From Vermamoeba vermiformis (lineage: Eukaryota), in contig JBEWZL010000276.1 in the NCBI GenBank assembly GCA_045837725.1, positions 484,635 to 504,634 of the forward strand: a stretch of 20,000 nucleotides of DNA, in the 5' to 3' direction. Under the pieces are notes generated by a model, which worked only from the letters and a program-made list of their open reading frames with translations, had not been told where the DNA came from and did no database searches. Shown piece after piece: positions 10,730 to 20,000 of the stretch (positions are counted from its first letter, which is position 1; each line of letters starts with the position of its first letter). Both the position numbers and the translations under genes were made by a program.

Positions 10730-13609
10730 ATGGATTCGATAGACGACCTACCACCTTCAGACGCAGCCGAAACTACAAGCTCGCACGATTTTTATTTATA
10801 TTCATTCCCCGACGAAGTTGTTATGGCCATTCTTTCGTTCATGGCTGCGCCAGATCTCAATAATTTGTCTCAGTGCTCAGTATTTTCTCAACATTTGGCC
10901 AATTCAAACGAGCTATGGCACGATTTGTTCACACGCGATAAGGCTGGTGTTCAACTATTAACAAGGCGTCAAAAGGTACGAGAGGAGAGTTCGGATGAAG
11001 AATTCGGTAAGTACGATCTACTCTTATAAATCTTACCTCAAACTTCGATGTAGACTTTGATGATGACGAGGAAGAGGACGAGGATATGGCGGAGGAAGCT
11101 GCACTACGAAGAAAAAGAAAGCTTGCATTGTTCAAGCGACTCAAGAATTTGTTGTGGCGGAGCGCCATGTCCAAGAACGAGTCCGAGTCCTCTGAAGAGC
11201 CCGCGCAGAAGAAAATCAAACTTGATTTAAGTGAGGAGCCGCAGAACAACGATGAAGAGAAGAATGAGAGTGAGCCTACTCCGAGTAAGTACAGCATCCG
11301 AAGGGCGATCTGAACAGAACATAAATAACATGCTTATTGTAGTGGAGCTGGAACAACCCGTAATAGTCGATGCCGCTCAAGACTTTTACGATTGGAAAGC
11401 AATTTATCGCAAAGCTAAGCCTTACGACTCAATTCAAGAAGCCGTCGACATGGCAATCGTAAGTAGTAGAGATTTGAGTTTCGCAAATACTAAGACTCGA
11501 AAGGACGGTGATACCATTATTGTGGGTCCTGGTCTGTATAAAGAAGGTATTCTGATCGAGAAGGCGATAAGTCTTGTTGGCAACGATTTCGAGAGCGTTA
11601 CGGACTCGAAAACTATTGAAAGAATCAAGAAATTGAAGAGAGACAAGCAACTCAAAGAGTCGGCGGGTAAGATATCATTTGGTTTTACGTTCGATTTACT
11701 AGCAGATCTTATCAGTGTTTACTTGTCTGCCATTCTTCGCTTATTAACTCTGTTGCAGAGGTCGAAAAGAAAAAGAGCGAAGGAAAAGAAGAAGTTCCCG
11801 AGAAGAAAGAGCGCATGATCGAAGAGTGGGAAAAAGGGCGCGTGATTTTATCGAGCAGCACGTACAACACAATCGAAGTCACGGTTAACACCAAAGTGTT
11901 GGTGAAGGTAAAGACATATCGATGCTGATTGTCCTGAAGCGGTGATGTGTTATTAACGATTGTGCTCAGAACATCTCGATTCAACAAGCAGTGAAACCTC
12001 CGAACAAGTGCTTCGGTGTTTGCGTGGATGTTGGCACTGTCACGCTCGATAACTGCGAGATCAGCTCGTCCTCCCTGTCCACTGCCATCGTAAGGAAGAG
12101 TGGCACATTGACACTCACGAATTGTTGGGTCAGTGATTCAGCGCAGATCGGTGCTTTTGCCGTCGGAAACTCCAATTTGATTGTGCAGTCTTCGAGTAAG
12201 TAACTTTCGAAACTAATAACTTATGTTTTAACTTGTTACAGCTTTCGAGCAGACACTGAGTTACGCCGTTGCATGTCTCAATGGCTCATCGTTGGTGCTC
12301 GAGAAGAACAAGATTATTGAGTGCGGCGGTGTTAAGATTGAAGAACACGGCACACGCGCGTTGCAAATCAACCACAACGAGTTTTATCAGCAAGTCTGGA
12401 CAGTACGTCGACTATATAGAGAAGTATACTTGGCTAATGGTTCTTGTAGGCTTTGAGAATTGACAAGACAAACGACATCGTGCTTTGCAACAACACGATT
12501 CATAAAGGCAAGACGCTTGGCATCACTGTGAAAGATTTAAAGGTACATCCGCGTGCTAAAATAGCAACTAATAACGTGCGCAGAGTGGTCTCATTGACGG
12601 CAACAAAGTTCAAGACAACGTCAAGTCCGGCTTGTTGATGCAGGACTCGCAAAACGTCGTCATCACCAACAACGTGTTTAGCGGAAATGGCGACTGCGGT
12701 GTTGATGCAAAAGATGTGAAAGACGTTACAATAGCCAACAATACCATCGTAAGTGTATTACAGCCATTGCGAGTACGGGCTGCTTAATCGACTGACAATC
12801 GCCGCAGGAAAATAATCTGATGTCGGGTGTGGATCTGTACAACTCGACAGCTGTCATTGACGGCAACAAGATCAATCACAACAATACTGGTGTCTACGCG
12901 TTTCACAAGTGCGTGCTCGAAGTTCGGAACAATACGTTGAACAAGAACAAGACCAACGGCCTAGAGATACGCATCGGAGTTCCCGTGAGCATTGAAAATA
13001 TGATTGGCAATACCGCGGAGTACAATGGTCAAAATGGAATCATAATTTGCCGACGTGACGATGGTGAGGCATCTGCCATTGACTCGGCATTCTTAACTGC
13101 TAACAACAAGTTAATGGGAAATTCGCACGAGGATCTGTTCGTGGAAGTCAAAAAGTATGCCTTCGATTCGGATCTCAAGCTGTCATTCGAAACTAGCGAT
13201 AAAGAAAAAGGCGAAAGTAAGCTCTCACAATATATTAAGCGTTTGACTAATGAGTATTGTTAGTCACTGCCGATGTCGAAGAGGCTATTAAGCGCGGAGT
13301 TTGCACGTTCTCTTACACTGGATATCACTTCCACCCGCAGTATTGGTAGGTTTAATAGACCGTCAACTATTTTACATCATGATTAATCCGCACTCGTAGG
13401 TGGACATGCGAGACGTGTAGTCTGATGGCTGGCAAGGGATTTTGCGCTGTTTGCAAGGACAAATGTCATAAGGGCCATTTGGTAACGCAAGAACCCCGGT
13501 TTGGTGGCTTTTATTGGTAAGATAATATTTACTGAAGTACGTTACTTCACGAGGTTTTAAACTAATAATTTACAGTGACTGCGGAGCCGAAATGCGATGT
13601 GTTGAATAG
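10730..13609 (+). CDS. FBXO11: FBXO11-like protein: F-box, right-handed beta-helix (CASH/PbH1) repeats and C-terminal UBR-type zinc finger
   Basis: F-box FPDEVVMAILSFM..DLNNLSQCS....LANSNELWHDLF; YDSIQEAVD..GDTIIVGPGLYKEGILIEKAISLVG; Asn/Gly-rich beta-helix repeats; CTFSYTGYHFHPQYWWTCETC..GFCAVCKDKCHKGH..FYCDCGAEMRCVE*, TAG 13607-13609. The domain order matches FBXO11; orthology is not proven. Confidence 0.8.
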
Positions 13610-13619
13610 ATACTTCATA

Positions 13620-14777
13620 TTAAAGACTTAGAGTTAAACCGATTTGTGAGTAGACGGTATCGAGCTCTTGTCCTACGTATTCTGGAGTGAATGTTTGAAC
13701 GCGTTCGCGCCCTTTTTGGCCCATCTGTTGTCGAAGGTCTGGATCAGCTTGCAACAGGGCCAACTTCGTCGCTAGGTCATCGACGCACTTGGGATCAACA
13801 ATGTAGCCATTTTGACCTTGCTCGACAAGCTCTTCAGCGGAGATAATGCTGCTAGTGACGATGATGGGCTTGCCAAACCACATGGCTTCCATTGCGACCA
13901 TACCTTGGGTCTCCATGAGAGATGGCAAGACAAACACGTCGCAGGCTGCGTAGTAGCCGGCTAGTTGATCGTGTTGAACAAACCCGAGGAAGTGCACTTT
14001 GGGTGACAGGCTAAGTCGAGCGCAGAGTGCCTCAAGAGTCGGTTTCAGGGATCCTTTTCCTGCTATCCACAACGAAGCATTGGGCTGCGTTTCGACGAAC
14101 TTGGCAAAGGCCTTCACAAGATATTCGACATTCTTTTCTTCTTCGAGTCTTCCGGCAAACAAGACAACGAACGAAGAAGGGCGCTCTGGCAATTGAACTT
14201 CGGACGAAGCCTGTTCGAACACAACTGGATTGCTGATGAAGCTGACTGGAGCTTCGATTTGTTGCCGCAACTCTTCGGAGAATTTTTTGGACACAGCGAT
14301 CACTTTGTTGCAGCTGTTGCAATACTTGACAATCTTCTTGCTGATCATCGATTTGAGGGGTCGCATGACGTTCTTGGCCAAGTGATCAACGGTCATGTGA
14401 TACGTGTAGACGCTGGGGATGTGGAGGTCTTTGGCGATTTTCCGCAAGCGAACCAGTAGTAATCCGAGATAGTGGAAGTGGATGATTGATGGTTGGATCT
14501 GCTGCACAATGCGCTTCAACTTGGCAGCCGAGGCAATGGCTTGATAATAGCCCATGACCTTCATAGTCTTCGCGCGATAGACGCTAACGCCGTTCCAGTC
14601 TTCTCTCGATTGCTGGTGAGATCGACGTGTAGTGATGATGGAGACGTCATAATTAAGCGCCACCAGCTGTTGTGCAATGCATTGGACGTGAAATCCAACG
14701 CCTGTCATAGCGGGTAGGAAATCTTCTGTCACGAGACACACTGCTTTACGAAGGTGAGTCTGCGTTATTTCAGTCAT
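13620..14777 (-). CDS. Glycosyltransferase family 4 (GT-B), intronless, resembling bacterial diacylglycerol glucosyltransferase-like GT4s
   Basis: Uninterrupted 385-aa ORF. N-terminal VTEDFLPAMTGVG, VYTYH, VLFAGRLEEEKN, VHFLGFV and DVFVLPSLMETQGMVAMEAMWFGKPII (E-x7-E motif), GQNGYIV. Confidence 0.9.
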   Translation of the reverse strand: MTEITQTHLRKAVCLVTEDFLPAMTGVGFHVQCIAQQLVALNYDVSIITTRRSHQQSREDWNGVSVYRAKTMKVMGYYQAIASAAKLKRIVQQIQPSIIHFHYLGLLLVRLRKIAKDLHIPSVYTYHMTVDHLAKNVMRPLKSMISKKIVKYCNSCNKVIAVSKKFSEELRQQIEAPVSFISNPVVFEQASSEVQLPERPSSFVVLFAGRLEEEKNVEYLVKAFAKFVETQPNASLWIAGKGSLKPTLEALCARLSLSPKVHFLGFVQHDQLAGYYAACDVFVLPSLMETQGMVAMEAMWFGKPIIVTSSIISAEELVEQGQNGYIVDPKCVDDLATKLALLQADPDLRQQMGQKGRERVQTFTPEYVGQELDTVYSQIGLTLSL

Positions 14778-14971
14778 GATTCTAAGCTATTGTTACTACT
14801 ATTGAATGCTCGAATTAAAATAGTGTTTATTCACCTCACATTTCTTTATACAGGGCTGAACCGAAGATTTCGTCGATTCACAACTGCGAGCGAATATTTT
14901 TGGAAAACTCGTTTTGCAGACCCTATGAAGCTTCAAGAACAAGTGAACAATGTTGATCATGTCTTCGAATA

Positions 14972-16860
14972 ATGGTTTTGAAGAGCTCTACGAAAATCAA
15001 GTTTGACGATCCGCGTTGTCGTAAGTGAATTGGTGTCACATGATTCTGGCTTTCGAAATTTATTCGTACTATTGGAATGTTATTTAATGTACATACTACT
15101 AACGTAACAATGAATCGAGTGCGAGTGCTCCACAACTTTCAACTTTCAATTCCGCTGTTGATTCAGTCCTCCGAAGCCAGCATTAATTGCAGCGATACAA
15201 CTAGCAATTATTTCGGTTTCACGTGTTTGACGACAGATTTTACAACAGATCAACTTATTTTTGTTATTCAATTTTATTGCGAAAACGACAACGGAGAACG
15301 CGAAGAAAGACAATGTTTGGAATGGGCAAAAAATCCGTAATAGGCGAACGAGTGGATGGTGCGATAACGAGCCTTATTTTGCGGGTGCGGATCAAAGAAG
15401 GAGTTTTTGATTTCAGAAAAAAGAAATTGCAAATAGGAAGAATAATAATTACGGGTTACTCAGCGAATGGTTCGAAAATTACCGAATTTTCCACCGACCC
15501 GTTTTTAATATGCGTCAAAACCAACAAATCCGTAGATCACGAAGGTAATTTTAAATTATCTATTTTTAAATATTAAAGAAATATTTATTGAAAAGAATAA
15601 TCACCAACGCGTGGCTCATTTACTCTTTTACCCTATTTTATGCTAGCATGTCTAATTAATGCTTGTGCAGTCACGATCCCGCTTCATTGCAATGCTGCGC
15701 CACAGCCGATTGAACAAAGTGCAGACTCGGCGATTAAAAATGCTTCATCAAGTCACATTGAAGATTCAGAACAAAGTTACGACTCAGAGCAACATGGCTC
15801 ACACAACTCCGAGCTATTTTCGATGGAAGAGTGCGTGTCCCCCTTACTTTCGTTTCAAACTGACGGACATTTAGGGACTATGCCGTGCTGCACTTCGGCA
15901 ACGCAGAGGTCGCGGGCAATTTTCGTGCTTTGAATTTTTACAAGGCGTCTGATCAACGCATCAAACAGGACATTGAGCGAATACACGCAGGTAAGAATTC
16001 TTTCAACCAAGTTACCAGTCAACGGTTTAACTAACGCTTGCAACGCTAGCTCAATGCCGCCAAACAATACTTTGCATCGAAGGTGTGCGATATCGCTTCA
16101 AAGACAACTTCGTAAGGACGCAACAAAGGTTCATTGGCTACATCGCGCAACAGGTTCAGCAGTTTGTCCCTGAGGCCGTGAAGTATATAAATGGTACGCA
16201 CCTTGTTACGTGTTTGATGAGGTCTAACAAATCTTGCAGGAATATTGCACGTTGACTACGAGGCACTTATTCCGTACATTAGCGAGTCTGTGCGACAAAA
16301 TTACCACGATATTAATCGCCTCGAAGACGATGTGAATCAGCTTCACGCGCTCATCGATCATCTTTACGCACAGTATCCAACGACTTGAAGCAGAGACACA
16401 ACAGCGCAAGGTGGCACCATTAAACAAGGTCGTAGAATATCCAAAGAAGCGGAATAAGCACTGTGGATCAATCGTTGGCGTGATAGTGAGTGCCTTCCTC
16501 GCTGTGGCAGTGCTGGTGTCGATATTGGTCATCTATCGTCGTCCTTTGACTCTCACGCACATACCAATTAGCAATCTAACAGCAGCAACGGCACCGAACT
16601 TCGAAAGAGAGTATTTAATAGAATTTTTCAATGCGACAAACGGCTTTAGCTGGAAGAAAAATGACAGCTGGCTGACCAGTGGCTCTATCTGTTATTGGTA
16701 CGGTGTTGTTTGCAATGCAGAGAATCGCACGGTTTTCTTGTCATTGCCCAGAAACAACTTGTACGGCACGATCCCACCTTCAATCAATCATCTATCGCAC
16801 CTGACGCATTTGGATTTGTCTCTCAACCTTCTTTTTGGCATTATTCCCACCCAACTTTAG
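14972..16860 (+). pseudogene. Disrupted MYRF/MrfA-like gene: uncharacterised N-terminal domain + peptidase S74 (ICA) autocleavage domain + coiled coil + TM + LRR ectodomain
   Basis: Spliced reading: ..LHFGNAEVAGNFRALNFYKASDQRIKQDIERIHA|AQCRQTILCIEGVRYRFKDNFVRTQQRFIGYIAQQVQQFVPEAVKYING|ILHVDYEALIPYISESVRQNYHDINRLEDDVNQLHALIDHLYAQY. After a 1-nt frame change it continues QRLEAETQQRKVAPL..KKRNK-TM(16471-16536)-LRRNT-LRR. The frame is broken near 16375 and possibly near 15330, and the gene is truncated at TTAGGG. The start codon is uncertain (14972 or 15110). Confidence 0.75.
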
Positions 16861-16868
16861 GGTTAGGG
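16857..16868 (+). repeat. Interstitial telomere-type repeat (TTAGGG)2
   Basis: TTAGGGTTAGGG at 16857-16868. The core AGGGTTAGGGAT recurs at 17098-17109 and 17316-17327. Confidence 0.9.
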
Positions 16869-17097
16869 ATAATATAATCCCTTAGGTACGTCATGGATCT
16901 GGTGCGGAGCGAACGCGGCGGCAGCCGCGTGAGCGACATATAATTAAACGCACCCAGATTACTGATATTTCTTTTAAATTTTAGGTAAAACGGCCATTAT
17001 AACCGCGATAATAGGCCCGCAATGCTTGAAATTCCTCTCGTCTCAGGAATTTCAATTTGAGCACGCGATCCCGACTGGCGATTTATTTTGGGGTTTG

Positions 17098-17532
17098 AGG
17101 GTTAGGGATCAGGTGACCAGATCCCGAGCCGTAGATCTCGCTTTCGCTCGCGATTTGAATCGCAATTGTTGCAGGTAATAATAGGCAATAGTAATGTCAA
17201 TCAGTTTTCTAATATGTTTTACTAGCAGGGTACACGGGCGAGCGGAGCGAGCCCGTGCAAAGCGCGATGTCAGAAATTCCATTCTGACATTCTGACACGA
17301 TGTCAGAAACTGGTTAGGGTTAGGGATCAGGTGACCAGATCCCGAGCCGTAGATCTCGCTTTCGCTCGCGATTTGAATCGCAATTGTTGCAGGTAATAAT
17401 AGGCAATAGTAATGTCAATCAGTTTTCTAATATGTTTTACTAGCAGGGTACACGGGCGAGCGGAGCGAGCCCGTGCAAAGCGCGATGTCAGAAATTCCAT
17501 TCTGACATTCTGACACGATGTCAGAAACTGGT
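17098..17532. repeat. Tandem duplication, two apparently identical 217-bp copies (17098-17314 and 17316-17532; period 218)
   Basis: Read directly: both copies start AGGGTTAGGGATCAGGTGACC and end GATGTCAGAAACTGGT. Confidence 0.95.
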
Positions 17533-17936
17533 CGCGCTGTATTTACGCCTCGCGATCATTAGCAACAACACAGGTAAGTAGTATATTATTATAATTGTTA
17601 TTATTAATCACTACTAACTGTTATTTTGTTAGTATTAGCAGTGCGAAGTCGAATCTTGCTCGCGATTTTCAGATCGACCCCGGAATCAATTCGAAATCAC
17701 TTGTAAGTAACATATTAATTTATTTAAAGCGTATTTGCTCACAACTAATGTATTTTTGAGTAGGAATTAATTTGGAATTGCTCGAATCTGCCGTAATTTA
17801 TTTAAATTTCAAATTTTAAAGTCCCGATCAACAGGTAAGTTAATATATCAATATAAACATTCATATATTAATTGTTTTTAGTAGATTTAATCTCTTTATC
17901 ACGCGAGTTTGCCGAATAAATTTCGGTTGGTTACAA

Positions 17937-20000
17937 ATGCGTAAGTTCAATTCAAACACGCGTGTTTCGCTCTTTATTAATGCACTTGACTAGAATTTAA
18001 CTGCGATCAATGCTCTAAGAGCTACAAGAAGATTGGCGATCTCAATCGCCACGTGAAGGACTGTCATGTTGATGAATCCTCGCGGACATGTCCTTCGTGC
18101 TCAAAGATTTTCGCATCTGTGCGTGCAAAAGATGAACATGTGGCGAATGTATGTCCTGCTGACCGTGCAAAATTGTGGACACCAACAAAACAAATAAATG
18201 ATAGTCAAAACGAGCAGCAGCGCCACAAACAATCAAAGAATGAGCTGTCTGCACAGTCAGTTCAAATAATCACAATGTTCAGAGAGTATTTGGCTGCTGG
18301 CAGTTCTTCCACGTTTATGTTGTCGCGTGGTAAACGCAACTTGTCTCAGTCAAGTGTCGACACTTACACTCACCACCTGCGTGACTTCTTAGATTTCTTT
18401 GACGTATGTAATTACAATTATTGTTGTTATAGAAACTAATTTTGCCTAGAAATCTGAAACAGAAGGTGAGGACTCCATCAAGTACTTTCTTGACTTGCGT
18501 GTCCTCAAAGATTACTTATCGTACCAAGAAAAGAGCAAGTACACCAAAAAGACAATCTTGAATCGATTGTTTTCATTAGAGCGTCTTTGTGGATTCATCG
18601 AAGAAAAGCTGGTTGTGCTAAATAACGAAGGCTTCACCACGCTTCCTGTCAATAAGCGTACACGCAATACAGTACAATCAGTGTTCGAATGGATTGGGGC
18701 TCAAATACAAGTTCTAAGTCCAGAAGCAGCTGAGGAGACACGAATCCGCAACTCGAAGGAAGTTATGGAAAAAGAAAATCGTTGGATCACTGCCAAGCAA
18801 ATCTTTGCCAAAGAGCTTGAACTCAAGCCAGAAATTGACTTGATAATGGAGCGTATTAGCAAGACCAATGTGCAGTAAGTTATCTTTTTGTCGGAGAGAA
18901 AGCATACTGATTCTAATTGATAGGCCCTCTATTCATGAATTGAACCTTGTTCAAGACTATATCATGTTCTTGTTGCTCATTCAGCGCCCCACAATGCGCA
19001 CTCAGAACTTGAGCTTGAAAATACTCGATAAAGTGCAGACAGCCAAAGAAGCCAAAGAAAATTGTATTGTTTTGACAGATACTGAAGTCATCGTTCAGTA
19101 CAATCAATACAAGACTGTAAAGTAAGATCGTGCTTGGTCATATTGTTGAAAACTAATAATGCGATTTAGAACTTATGGATTTCAAACTGCTTACTTGCCG
19201 AAAGACCTTGCTCAATACTTAAGAACCTTTGTTAAATCCATTCGACCATGGTTTTACAAGAACAAAGAGAAGCAAACAGTTGGGTCATTCTTATTTTTAA
19301 ACAAGAACGCAGAAGAGCTGAAAACTATTGGCTCTCGCTTCAAATCAATTATGCAGAAGTATTTTAATAGCAATGCTTCTGTAAGCTCTATTCGCAAGGC
19401 AATGGAGACTGCAATTGCTGCTAGTTCACTGCCAGAAGACCAAAAGCGCAGTCTGTCATTGGCAATGTTGCATGACCCCGTTACTGCTGAACGATATTAT
19501 GTAATGAAGGACAGTGTTGAAGAAAGCCAGCAGATTAACAGGCAATGGGCAATATTTCGACAAGCTCTACTGACTCAAGTCCAATCTCCAGCAACAATTG
19601 TTAGTAATAATGCAATTGCTTCAACCAACAATAATGCAACAGAAGTGCTCCAACCTGCTTGCAATCATCTTGAATTGATTCCAACTTCAACATTGTCGAG
19701 TCCATCAAAACTCAGAGTCTCTGACCCTCAAGCTGATGCAGTGCCAAGTCTTGCTTCTTCAGTGTGCAACTCAGCTGAAGAAAGTGAAGAAGAACAAAAT
19801 GAAACGACTCGGCAGCTCGCTGACAATATTGCGCAAAAGCTTGTACATCCTACGCCAAGTCCAATGCTTAGTCCAAGCAAGTTTCCTTTAAGGCCTGGAG
19901 ATTGGCCTTGCTCTTTTTGTGGGTACACCAACTTTGCTTACCGTGGAGTTTGTAATCGCTGTGGCAAAGCCAAGAACAAAAGAAGTGTTTATGAAGAAAG
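17937..20000 (+). CDS. Tyrosine recombinase with N-terminal C2H2 + C2HC zinc fingers and C-terminal RanBP2-type zinc finger; 3' end outside the window
   Basis: Exons 17937-17940, 17994-18403, 18450-18874, 18924-19121 and 19170->20000 splice in frame. They give MQFNCDQCSKSYKKIGDLNRHVKDCH..TCPSCSKIFASVRAKDEHVANVC, a core-binding-like region (LSQSSVDTYTHHLRDFLDF; TKKTILNRLFSLERLCGF), the catalytic motifs RPTMRTQN, YKTVKTYG, SSIRK and AMLHDPVTAERYY, then RPGDWPCSFCGYTNFAYRGVCNRCGKAK. Confidence 0.85.

Larger units (their letters stand above)
16857..20000 (+). mobile_element. Putative tyrosine-recombinase DNA transposon (Crypton-like); right end outside the window
   Basis: Abrupt change from LRR coding sequence to hairpin-rich non-coding DNA at TTAGGGTTAGGG, followed by an intron-containing YR gene. 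No RT or DDE motifs are visible in the window. Confidence 0.65.

Noticed and set aside
13999-14717. Several short ORFs overlapping the glycosyltransferase
   Set aside because: They are antisense or alternate frames of a well-supported CDS.
15223-15248. 26-nt GT..AG segment that would restore the frame in the MYRF-like N-terminus
   Set aside because: It is much shorter than other introns here and has a weak GTGTTT donor. It is not excluded, but a 1-nt indel in the A run is at least as plausible.
16857-16868. True chromosome end
   Set aside because: There are only two repeat units, followed by more than 3 kb of complex sequence.
17098-17532. Repeat pair considered as LTRs or a CRISPR array
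   Set aside because: The copies are directly adjacent with no internal region or spacers, no TG..CA ends are present, and the context is eukaryotic.

Overview
Gene-dense eukaryotic (probably protist, amoebozoan-like) DNA with many short GT-AG introns, so the ORF track shows only exon fragments. Left to right: the 3' end of a nicotinamidase converging on a nicotinate phosphoribosyltransferase (consecutive NAD-salvage steps); an ankyrin-repeat plus duplicated S41-peptidase fusion; a small multi-exon hypothetical gene; an FBXO11-like gene (F-box, beta-helix, UBR zinc finger); an intronless bacterial-like GT4 glycosyltransferase. Next comes a disrupted gene that, once spliced by hand, encodes a MYRF/MrfA-like S74 (ICA) self-cleaving domain, a coiled coil, a type II transmembrane helix and an LRR ectodomain. 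This gene is cut exactly at a (TTAGGG)2 motif. A putative tyrosine-recombinase DNA element begins there, with a hairpin-rich, partly duplicated and apparently spliced leader. Its intron-containing recombinase has two N-terminal zinc fingers (C2H2 + C2HC) and a C-terminal RanBP2-type zinc finger and runs off the window end. All exon structures are manual reconstructions and no database searches were run.
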